The notes below the pieces were generated by a model that was not told the DNA's origin, made no database searches, and was given only the letters and a program-made list of their open reading frames with translations. 64,000 bases of DNA from Candidatus Lustribacter sp. (GTDB lineage Bacteria > Vulcanimicrobiota > Vulcanimicrobiia > Vulcanimicrobiales > Vulcanimicrobiaceae): positions 5,120,001-5,184,000 of the forward strand of contig OZ255842.1 in NCBI GenBank assembly GCA_965277805.1, in the 5' to 3' direction. The translations under genes and the position numbers were made by a program. The stretch's first letter is position 1. Every line of letters starts with the position of its first letter. Below are positions 55,537 through 64,000 of the stretch, one piece after another.

Positions 55537-56772
55537 ATGTCCGAGCCCTCGCACGACGCACTCCGTCCCGAGACCGATGTTCTCACCCGCGGCTTCGATC
55601 CGAAGCTGTCGGTCGGCTCTGCCCGGCCGGCGGTGTTCCGCAGTTCCACCTATGTCTTTTCCAGTCCCGAAGATGCGGAAAAGGCGTTCGACGTTCTCGG
55701 TGGGCGCCGAACGCTCGCGCCGGGTGAAAACGTCGACCTGGTCTACTCGCGCTTCAATCATCCCAACGCCGAGATTCTCGAAGCGCAGATTCTGCCGCTC
55801 GAACCAGGTGCGCTGGCCGCAGCGGTCTTCAACTCCGGCATGGCGGCGATCACCACCGTCCTATTGACGATCGTGCGCCCGGGCGATGCCGTGCTCTTCA
55901 CCGTGCCGATCTACGGCGCGACGCAAACGTTCATTCTCGACTTTCTCGCGTCATTCGGCGTGAGCGGCTTCGCGGTGCCCGCCGGTGACGGCGAGGCGAT
56001 CGATCGCGCGATCCGCGAAACCCCGAACCTGCGCGCCGTGCTGCTCGAGACCCCCGCCAACCCGACGACGATCATGACCGATATCGCGCGCGTCGCGAAG
56101 ACGTCGGCGACGCTCGAACGTCCGCCGCTGGTGCTGGTCGACAACACCTTTCTCGGCCCGGCGTTTCAGCATCCGCTCGCGTTCGGCGCGGACATCACGT
56201 TGTATTCGGCCACCAAGTACCTCGGCGGCTACAGCGACATCATCGGCGGCGTGGCGTTGGGTTGCGATCCGGTACTGATGACGAAGATCAAGAGCAAGCG
56301 CAGCCTCCTCGGCAACATCTTGCAACCCGACGAGGCCTGGATTCTCAACACGCGCCTCGCCACGGTGTATCTGCGCATGTCCAAACAGAGCGAGAACGCG
56401 CAGCGGATCGCCGAGCACCTCGTTAAGCATCCGAAGATCTCGAAGGTCTACTACCCGACCCTCTTCGACGATCCGGAACAGCGCCGCATCTATGAGACGC
56501 AGTGTGAAGAGCCGGGCGGGCTCATCTCGATCGACCTGGCCGGCGGCAAGCCCGCAGCCTTCGACTTTCTGCGCAAACTGCAGATCGCGCGCAACGCCGT
56601 TTCGCTCGGCGGCGTCGAAACGCTCGTCTGCCATCCGCGCACGACCACGCATTCCAGTTGGTCCGCAGCCGACCTGGATGCATCCGGAGTCACCCCGGGT
56701 CTCGTCCGGATCTCGGTCGGAATCGAAAACTGGCATGACCTGTTAGCGGATTTCGAGCGCGCGCTCGGGTAA
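55537..56772 (+). CDS. Methionine gamma-lyase/cystathionine gamma-synthase family PLP enzyme
   Basis: YSRFNHPN, ETPANP, VDNTF, YSATKYLGG, AVSLGG, LVRISVGIE. Confidence 0.9.
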   Translation: MSEPSHDALRPETDVLTRGFDPKLSVGSARPAVFRSSTYVFSSPEDAEKAFDVLGGRRTLAPGENVDLVYSRFNHPNAEILEAQILPLEPGALAAAVFNSGMAAITTVLLTIVRPGDAVLFTVPIYGATQTFILDFLASFGVSGFAVPAGDGEAIDRAIRETPNLRAVLLETPANPTTIMTDIARVAKTSATLERPPLVLVDNTFLGPAFQHPLAFGADITLYSATKYLGGYSDIIGGVALGCDPVLMTKIKSKRSLLGNILQPDEAWILNTRLATVYLRMSKQSENAQRIAEHLVKHPKISKVYYPTLFDDPEQRRIYETQCEEPGGLISIDLAGGKPAAFDFLRKLQIARNAVSLGGVETLVCHPRTTTHSSWSAADLDASGVTPGLVRISVGIENWHDLLADFERALG

Positions 56773-56801
56773 GGGTCGGCATGGGCCGGCATTATGCGGC
56801 G

Positions 56802-59339
56802 ATGGCGTTCCGGTGCGCCTTCGTCTGCTGCTTGCTGCTGATGCGGGGTCATGCGGCGGCCGCTGCGAGCGAGAACGCAAGCTCGCTGACCGTCGGCGTC
56901 CAACTCGAGCCGCCCGTCCTCGATCCAACCGTCAACGCGTCGGCCTCGATCGGCGCGGTGGTGTTTCCGAGCATTTTCGAAGGCCTCGTTCGCATCGGTC
57001 CCGGCTGGCGCATCGAGCCCGCGCTCGCCACCGCGTGGACGATTTCGGCCGACGGGAGAACCTATGTCTTCCGCCTGCGCCCGCACGTTCGTTTCAGCGA
57101 TGGCTCACCGCTGGACGCGGCTGCGGTTCGCTTCTCACTGCTCCGCGCCGTCGCGTCCGGTTCGCTCAATCCGCAGCGCACGCTGCTCGATGCGATCGAC
57201 GCGGTGACGGTGCGCGATCCGCTGACGGTCGCCGTGCAATTACGGCGACCCGATTTCACGCTGTTGCAAGTCCTCGGGCTGAGCGCGGCGGTCATCGTGT
57301 CGCCGCGCTCGGCGGGCAACGATGCGGTCCGTCCGATCGGTACGGGTCCGTTCCGGTTCGCGGAGTGGCGGCGTGGCGATGCGATCGTGCTTGCACGCAA
57401 TCCGCACTATTGGGGCCCGGAACCGCTGCTCGCGCGCGTGACGTTCAAGGTCATCGCCGATCCGAACGCCGCGATCGATGCGGTGCTGACGGGCGATGTC
57501 GACGTGTATCCGGCGTTTCCGGCGCCCGAAGCGGTCGCACGGTTCGCGCGCGACCCGCGCTTCACCGTGCAGACCGTTTTGAGCGAAGCGAAGACGATCG
57601 TCGCGATCAACAACCGCCGCCAACCCTTTCGCGATCGTCGCGTCCGGCGGGCGCTCGCCTATGCGATCGACCGCAATGCGATCATCGATGCGGCGATGTT
57701 CGGGTTCGGCGCACCGATCGGCAGCCATTACACCCGCGCGGATCCCGGTTACGTCGATCTCACCGGCGAATATCCGTACGACCCGGCGCGGGCCCGAAGC
57801 CTGCTCGCGCAGGCCGGTTATCCGCGCGGCTTTTCCGCGAGCCTCGCGGTTCCACCGTTGAGCTACGCCGAACGCACGGCGGAAATCGTCGCCGCAGAGT
57901 AGGGTGCGGTGGGCGTGCGGGTGAAGATCGTTTCGCTCGACTGGGTGCCGTGGCTCACGCAGGTCTTCGGCGCGCACGATTTCGACCTCACGGTCGTCGC
58001 GCACGCGGAGCCGCTCGATTACGACATCTACGGCCGCGATGACTACTACTTCGGCTATTCCAATCCACGCTATAAAGCATTGCTGGCACGCCTCGAGCGC
58101 ACCGGCGATCCGGTTGCGCGCCGCGCGCTGCTCGGGGATATCCAGCGCACGCTCGCCGATGATGCCGTCAACGTCTTTCTCTTTCAATATCCCGACATCA
58201 CGATCGCGAACGCCTACGCCGGCGGCTTTCACTCATCGAGCCCGCTGAGCGACATCGATCTGTCGACGGCGTACGTGCATGCGGCCGGCGCCGCGCAACA
58301 TGCGCGCGGTTCGCCGGCCGGAGCGGTGCCGTTCGTTGCGATGCTGCTCGCGTTCATCGCGATCGCCGGGCTGATGCTGCGGGCCGGTTTGGCCTACGTC
58401 GCGCGCCGCGCACTTTCGCTTGCGCTCACGCTGGCTGTCGCGTCGTTCGCGATCTTCGCCGTCATGCAGGCGGTGCCGGGCGATCCGGCGCGCGCCGTGC
58501 TCGGAATCGATGCCGGTCCCGCCGCGATCGCCGCGTTGCGCACGCAGATGGGGCTCGATGGCCCCTTCGTGCCGCGCTACCTCATGTGGGTGGGCGGACT
58601 GTTGCACGGTCAGTTCGGCACGAGCTGGACCTATCACGAATCGGTCGCCGTCCTGATCCGCGAGCGCTTCGCGCTTTCGTTTCCGCTCACGCTCTATGCG
58701 CTGCTGCTTTCCACGGCGCTCGGCCTCGCGCTCGGCATCGGCATGGTGCGGTGGCGGCGCTCGCCGGCCGGCGCGGTGTTCGGGGCGTTCAGCCGCGTCG
58801 GCTTAGCGATCCCGAATTTCTGGTTCGGACTGATGCTCGTGATCCCATTCGGTATCGGCTTGCACTGGTTTTCCGCCGGCGGTTTCCCGGGCTGGTCGGC
58901 GGGCTGGCTCGCGGTGATCCGGTCGTTCACGCTGCCTGCCGCCGCGCTCGCCTTACCGCAGGCGGCGGTCTTCGCGCGCGTCTTGCAGTTCGAATTGCTC
59001 GAACTCGACGGCGCGGACTTTCTGCGCACGGCGCGCGCGAAGGGCGTGAGCGAGACGGCGATCCTCCTGCGCCACGCGTTGCCGAATGCGCTGATTCCGC
59101 TGCTGACGATTCTGGGGCTGCAGTTTTCGTTCGTTTTGGCCGGCGGAATTCTGATCGAGAACGTGTTCTTCTTACCGGGTCTCGGACGCTTGGCGTTTCA
59201 GGCGATCGCCAATCGCGACGCACCGGTCGTGCAAAGCGTCGCGATCGTGCTGGTTGCCGAAGTCGTTGCTGTGACGCTGGTGGCCGATCTGCTCGCGGCG
59301 GCCGTCGATCCGCGTCGCCGCAAGGCGGGCGAAACGTGA
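56802..59339 (+). pseudogene. Peptide/nickel (family 5) SBP fused to a DppB-type permease, interrupted by an in-frame TAG at 57900-57902
   Basis: ORFs 56781-57902 and 57909-59339 share a frame (AEIVAAE*GAVGVRVKI); SBP C-terminus, linker TM, then permease with RTARAKG and IENVFFLPGLG. Confidence 0.7.
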
Positions 59340-60160
59340 AGACGCTGGTCGCGGGCACGGTGCTGCTGGGCGGTATGGTCGCGCTAATTTTGCTCTCGTT
59401 CGTCTGGCTGCCGTACGATCCGAGTGCGATGGTTATTCCGCAACGGCTGGCGGCGCCGTCGTGGGCGCACCTTTTCGGAACGGACGCCTACGGGCGCGAC
59501 CTGTTCTCCAACGTCGTTGCCGGCGGCCGCGCATCGCTCGCGGTCGCGTTCTTCTCGTTGGTGATCGGCGCCGGCGCCGGCGTTCCGCTGGGTCTCATCG
59601 CGGCGACCGCCCGGGGATGGCCCGACGAAATTCTCTCGCGCTTCAACGATGTCGTCTTCGCGTTTCCGGCGTTGCTAATCGCGGTGCTGGCGGCCGCCGT
59701 CTTCGGTCCCGGACCGCTCGATGCCGTCGCCGCCATCGGCATCTTCAACATACCGGTCTGCGCGCGTGTGACGCGCGCCGCCGCGATCGGGCTTTGGCAG
59801 CGCGACTTCGTGCTCGCAGCGATCGCGGCCGGCAAGGCGCCCGGCCGCATCGTCATCGATCACATCCTGCCGAACCTCGCGCCGGCGCTGCTCGTGCAGG
59901 CATCGATCCAGGCATCGCTCGCAATTCTGGCCGAAGCCGGCCTGTCGTATGTGGGACTCGGTTCGCAACCGCCCACGCCGAGCTGGGGACGGCTGTTGGC
60001 CGACGCGCAAACACTGCTCGATAGCGCGCCTTGGCTGGCGTTGTTTCCGGGACTTGCAATCCTTACGACAACGCTGGCGCTTTCGCTGCTGGGCGATGGT
60101 CTTCGCGAAGCGTTGGATCCTCGCGCGCACGTTCGTCAGCGCCGCTCGACAAACGAATGA
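59336..60160 (+). CDS. Peptide ABC transporter permease, DppC-like
   Basis: HLFGTDAYGRD, HILPN, EAGLSYVGLG, PSWG, GDGLREALDP. Confidence 0.9.
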   Translation: MKTLVAGTVLLGGMVALILLSFVWLPYDPSAMVIPQRLAAPSWAHLFGTDAYGRDLFSNVVAGGRASLAVAFFSLVIGAGAGVPLGLIAATARGWPDEILSRFNDVVFAFPALLIAVLAAAVFGPGPLDAVAAIGIFNIPVCARVTRAAAIGLWQRDFVLAAIAAGKAPGRIVIDHILPNLAPALLVQASIQASLAILAEAGLSYVGLGSQPPTPSWGRLLADAQTLLDSAPWLALFPGLAILTTTLALSLLGDGLREALDPRAHVRQRRSTNE

Positions 60161-60176
60161 CGAACACGTCTTCGGC

Positions 60177-61205
60177 TCACCGTTCGCCGTCCCGCGCGAA
60201 GCGGCTTTGCCAGCTCGGCGCTTCACCGGGCCGGCCGCTCGAGCGCGCTTCGAACACGCCGCGTGCGACGGCGCGGGCGGCGACTTGCGTCGCGGCGAGG
60301 CACAGTTCGGCGATTTCATCCGGTTCGCCGGCGAGCGGCCGTCCTTCGGTCGAGACGCCGAAGACCGCGTCGCCGTCGCGCGGCAGATGCGCCGGGAGTA
60401 CCGCGCGTACGACGCCGTCTTGCGCGGCGATTGCGAGGCGCTTGGCGAGCGCGCGTGAGAGCATGGCATCGGTCGCGACGATGCCGATCGTCGTACCCCA
60501 ATAGAGCTGCGGCTTCACGCGCAAACGCACGTCATCGGCGACGAACTGCGCCGGGAAACCGCGTCCGCCGAATTCCGCGTCGCGCTCGAACGGCGCCGCC
60601 CAGAAATGCGGGCCGTCGCCGATCGTTACCGTGCCTACGGCGTTCACCGCGATCAGCGCGGCGACGAGATGGCCTTGCGGGGTCAACGCGCTCGCCGAAC
60701 CGAGGCCGCCTTTGAAGGTCGCCGTTGTGGCTCCGATGCCGGCACCGGCCGTGCCGAGTTCAAACGCGGTGTTGCGCGCGGCGCGCGCCGCGCGATAACC
60801 GAAGTCGGCATAGGGGCTGAAGCGGCCCCAGCCTTTGTCACCGCCGTTGGCGAGATCGTACAGGCTCGCTTGAACGACGATCGGGACGCGCGGTAACGGT
60901 ACTCCCGGCAGTTGCGCGAAATCTTCGCGCAACGCTGCTTGCACGCCGCCCGTCGCGTCGAGGCCGTAGGTCGAACCGCCGGACAGCACGACGGCGTTGA
61001 TCCGTTCGACCGTCATCTCCAAGCCGAGCAGCGCGTCTTCGCGCGTGGCCGGTGAACCGCCGAGCACGCTCGCAGCGGCCATCGCCGGGCGTTCGAACAG
61101 CACGGCCGTTACACCGGAGCGAAGCACACCATCGTCGCCCGCGTGACCGACGGAAATGCCCGCAATGTCGGTGAGCAAATTTTGCCGTTCCCGCGCTTGC
61201 GTCAT
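60177..61205 (-). CDS. P1/S58 family peptidase (DmpA-like)
   Basis: NLLTDIAGISVGH, LSGGSTYGL, KGGLGSAS, VNAVG, TTIGIVATDA, DGDAVF. Confidence 0.88.
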   Translation of the reverse strand: MTQARERQNLLTDIAGISVGHAGDDGVLRSGVTAVLFERPAMAAASVLGGSPATREDALLGLEMTVERINAVVLSGGSTYGLDATGGVQAALREDFAQLPGVPLPRVPIVVQASLYDLANGGDKGWGRFSPYADFGYRAARAARNTAFELGTAGAGIGATTATFKGGLGSASALTPQGHLVAALIAVNAVGTVTIGDGPHFWAAPFERDAEFGGRGFPAQFVADDVRLRVKPQLYWGTTIGIVATDAMLSRALAKRLAIAAQDGVVRAVLPAHLPRDGDAVFGVSTEGRPLAGEPDEIAELCLAATQVAARAVARGVFEARSSGRPGEAPSWQSRFARDGER

Positions 61206-61306
61206 GCGCCTCTCGATGCGGTACCGAAGATTCGGCTGCGATCCGGTTCCATCGAAGCTTGCGGCATGTGCTCGTCTTCGCGCCGGGCCGAGCCAAAGCC
61301 GTCAGG

Positions 61307-61654
61307 TTACCCGTTCACCTCTCGGACACTTCCGTTGATCAGAATCCGATCCGCATGCGGAATCCCGACGAGATGCCGGTCGTAGAAGACCGTTACCGGC
61401 GTGCCTGGTTTGAGCGCCGACATCTGCATGGTCGTCTTTCCGTCTTTCGAGAACAGTCTCTTGAAACGCGGAATCAAAAGGAACTTGTAATCCTTGCCGG
61501 ACTGCGCGTCCTTGACCGCAATATCGGTCGTCGAAACGTGGATTACCGTTCCGATAACCCGATCCGTTGCGAGGGCTCGCGCCGCGACGGGTGCGAGCAC
61601 GAAACATGCAATCAGGGCAAGCGCAAAAAGTGAGCGGCTCCGCGGCTTGTGCAT
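61307..61654 (-). CDS. Small secreted hypothetical protein (OB-fold-like)
   Basis: Signal peptide ending AARA; LKPGTPVTVFY. Confidence 0.6.
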   Translation of the reverse strand: MHKPRSRSLFALALIACFVLAPVAARALATDRVIGTVIHVSTTDIAVKDAQSGKDYKFLLIPRFKRLFSKDGKTTMQMSALKPGTPVTVFYDRHLVGIPHADRILINGSVREVNG

Positions 61655-61805
61655 TGCTCGTTCGATCTTCATAATGTGCCGATTCCGCGCACGAACGACG
61701 ACGAAACATGCAACGCAGATCGTGCTGTGTCCCGGAGCAGCAATACTAGGAACGTCACTCCTAGGATGCTCCTTATCGATGCCGGCGCGAATTGCGCGGT
61801 CAGCG

Positions 61806-62285
61806 CTAGACTTTTTTAGCGAGGTCCATCGCAATCTGCTGATCCATCGCTTTCTCTTGCGCGATCGTGAGCGCGCTCCCGAGCGCGGCGACGGTGTAGA
61901 CGGACGGTCCTTTCGCAAAATCGAGCGAGACGAGCTGGGCAGTGCCCATGTCGATCATCGCGGCCTTACTGCCGAGGCCGTTGATCGGGGTAACGGTCTT
62001 CTTCGGCGCCGGTAAGATCATGTAGTCGTAGCGCATCGCCGGCTGACGTGTGATCATGACCTTGATGCGGCCGCCTTCGTGATCGAGCGGCGATTGCCAC
62101 CCGCACGCGTTGGCCATCCCGGCAAACTGCGGAATCGGCTGCATCAAAACCCCGGTGACGCCCGAGACCTCCGACGTCGCGATCAGCGAACACACCGGCG
62201 CGTCTGCAGCCGCCGGCACTGCAGCAACCGCGCCGGCGCCGATCAGCGCGACGCTCGCGATGAGCGGCAAGAAACGCAAGGTCAC
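61806..62285 (-). CDS. Secreted hypothetical protein with a Cys pair
   Basis: Signal peptide ending AAA-D; PVCSLI...ACGW; GTGA overlap with upstream gene. Confidence 0.6.
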   Translation of the reverse strand: MTLRFLPLIASVALIGAGAVAAVPAAADAPVCSLIATSEVSGVTGVLMQPIPQFAGMANACGWQSPLDHEGGRIKVMITRQPAMRYDYMILPAPKKTVTPINGLGSKAAMIDMGTAQLVSLDFAKGPSVYTVAALGSALTIAQEKAMDQQIAMDLAKKV

Positions 62286-62701
62286 TTTTCCGAACCTCCC
62301 CAGGAAAACAACGGCGCGGACACGCCGCCGGTCGTTTTCCGGCAACTGCCTTGATACGCGTGCCCGGTGTTGTCGATCGACGACGTACACGCGTAACCCG
62401 CCGGCCCACCGGGTAGCGTGACCGGCGCCTGCACGCCTTGATTCGGCCCCGACAATTTCGTCGTCAGTAATTTTTTCGCGTAGCCGAGGACAACGCCGCA
62501 CGAGAGGCCCGCGCCGGCATAACTCAAGCGATATCGCGTATGCGAATCGTTGGGCGGATACGGATTTATCCACGTCGGACCTGAAAAATCCGCGCACGTG
62601 ACGATCTGGGGAATGTCGTCGGCGCGAGCCGCGAGCGGTGCGGTTAAGGTCAGCAGGGCGAACACCGGCACGATTGCCGGGAGCGCGAACCGGGCGATCA
62701 T
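62282..62701 (-). CDS. Secreted four-Cys hypothetical protein (frame open upstream to ATG 62878)
   Basis: MIARFALPAIVPVFALLTLTAPLAARA-DD signal; four Cys in the mature part. Confidence 0.6.
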   Translation of the reverse strand: MIARFALPAIVPVFALLTLTAPLAARADDIPQIVTCADFSGPTWINPYPPNDSHTRYRLSYAGAGLSCGVVLGYAKKLLTTKLSGPNQGVQAPVTLPGGPAGYACTSSIDNTGHAYQGSCRKTTGGVSAPLFSWGGSEK

Positions 62702-62900
62702 AGGGCAGCAAATTGCGCACGTTCGTCGGCCGCCCTTTCGGGAAAGCGCTCGTTCCCTTGACCCCGCGATCGGCAATTGTACGTGGGTCGCGCCTTTTAC
62801 CCGGATAATATTGACCAGCATGTCGAGGGCGACGGTGAAGAAGACGAGTGAGGCTGCAGCTGAGCGACGGTTTATCATGACGAACTCAATCTCCAAGGCA

Positions 62901-62920
62901 TTTGTGTACGCGTATACAAA
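62901..62920. promoter_or_regulatory. Probable TetR operator
   Basis: Near-perfect palindrome TTTGTGTACGCGTATACAAA between tetR and the divergent ORF. Confidence 0.7.
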
Positions 62921-62929
62921 GTGCCGGAA

Positions 62930-63607
62930 ATGACTCCGAAAGTCAAGTCCGCGACTCAGGGACGGCCGGCGAAGATCAGTCGTGAAGCGATTATCGAGAC
63001 AGCAGAAACGCTGATCGCGCGAGACGGCGTGACCGCGCTTACGCTCCGCCGGGTAGCGAACGAACTTGGCGTTTCTGCGATGGCTCTGTACCGCCACGTA
63101 GAAGACAAAAATGCGCTGCTGGTGCTAGTGATGGACGCGCTCTACAACCGACTCAAGAAACCTAAGCCGCCGCAGGATCCGCGCGAGCGTCTTTTGAGCT
63201 TTTGGCGATTTCTCCACGATGGACTCGCGAAGTATCCCTGGGTCGTTCAAGCGCTGGTGGAGAGTGACACAATCGCGATATCGGTTTTGCCGATCATGGA
63301 TGCGATAATAGAGGCATCCGTCGCAGTCGGGCTTACGCTCGAATCATCGGCGACACTCTACCGGTTGGTCTGGCAATACACCGTCGGCGAATTGATTTTG
63401 GCGGCTTCTGCCGAAGGCCGGACCACGCCGAAGACGTCACCTGTGCTCAAAACGGTGGCGACGGAGGCACCGCCTCAGCTCCCGCATCTCGCGGGCGCAG
63501 CTCCGCATTGGCAAGCATTACGTAAGCGCTCTCTCTACGTGGACGGGCTTACGGCACTCATCGACGGATATTTGCTGCGAGACAAGCCGTCTGCTCGGAA
63601 CGTTTGA
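62930..63607 (+). CDS. TetR/AcrR family regulator (TetR_C-like)
   Basis: GRPAKISREAII, LTLRRVANELGVSAMALYRHVEDK. Confidence 0.92.
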   Translation: MTPKVKSATQGRPAKISREAIIETAETLIARDGVTALTLRRVANELGVSAMALYRHVEDKNALLVLVMDALYNRLKKPKPPQDPRERLLSFWRFLHDGLAKYPWVVQALVESDTIAISVLPIMDAIIEASVAVGLTLESSATLYRLVWQYTVGELILAASAEGRTTPKTSPVLKTVATEAPPQLPHLAGAAPHWQALRKRSLYVDGLTALIDGYLLRDKPSARNV

Positions 63608-63618
63608 CGAGAACGGCG

Positions 63619-64000
63619 ATGCGGCTCGAAACCGAGAGACTACTTTTGCGTGAGTGGCGACGATCTGATCTCGACGCCCTCGTGGAGGGGCTCGGAGACG
63701 TGTCCGTGGCGAAGTGGCTAGCATCCGTTCCGCATCCCTACACTCGTCGTCACGCTCTTGCGTGGCTGAAGTACTGCGCGACAACCGCTAAAGCGCGACC
63801 GCGCCGATCCTACGAATTCGCGATCGTGCTGAAATCTGAATCGAAGGTCATCGGCGGCGTGAGCCTCGATCAAATCGATCAAAACCATGGCACGGCCGGC
63901 GGCGGAATTTGGTTGCGCGCCGGGTTTCACAACCGGGGCTACGGGACTGAAGCGTTCACGGCGCGACTGAACTTCGCATTCGGAAGATTGCGAATGCGTC
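63619..64000 (+). CDS. RimJ/RimL family GNAT acetyltransferase; runs off the window
   Basis: Manual translation MRLETERLLLREW...VPHPYT...GIWLRAGFHNRGYGTEA. Confidence 0.85.
   Translation, partial: MRLETERLLLREWRRSDLDALVEGLGDVSVAKWLASVPHPYTRRHALAWLKYCATTAKARPRRSYEFAIVLKSESKVIGGVSLDQIDQNHGTAGGGIWLRAGFHNRGYGTEAFTARLNFAFGRLRMR

Noticed and set aside
57900..57902. Pyrrolysine or genome-wide TAG recoding
   Set aside because: TAG ends many genes normally here (e.g. 2450, 13219, 17490), no pyl genes are visible, and the position corresponds to a structural Leu
1..64000. CRISPR arrays, rRNA/tRNA genes, IS transposases, prophage genes
   Set aside because: No regularly spaced direct repeats or recognisable hallmark sequences found by eye; intergenic gaps are short

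Overview
High-GC bacterial chromosomal window, densely coding with about 64 CDS. I found no rRNA, tRNA, CRISPR array, transposase or integrase. Gene style tentatively suggests Eremiobacterota/Vulcanimicrobiota (inference only). In order: split leucine-catabolism genes (liuC-like, liuB-like) flanking a cytochrome b/Mo-oxidoreductase pair, an orphan flagellar rod/hook gene and urtABCDE; DUF1800/DUF1501; a PhaQ-like PadR-MBL-GNAT-PLP decarboxylase operon opposite a Bcr/CflA exporter; an envelope-stress locus (two-component system, ECF sigma/anti-sigma, two DUF4097-like proteins, back-to-back GAAAC-N16-CGTA promoters); housekeeping genes (pyrF, pyrE, hisC, argS, rlmH, dprA, nrdR, dut, panE); an HNH nuclease plus unknown partner; an RND pump with a large insertion; an aromatic/N-heterocycle catabolic cluster; a sulfur-scavenging cluster with an SBP-permease fusion interrupted by an in-frame TAG; and a TetR region with an apparent tetA remnant. 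Cross-cutting signals are candidate non-canonical starts (CTG/ATT/ATA), leaderless promoters, an ArgRS lacking both HIGH histidines, and long intergenic hairpins. All family assignments are from motif recognition by eye; no searches were run.
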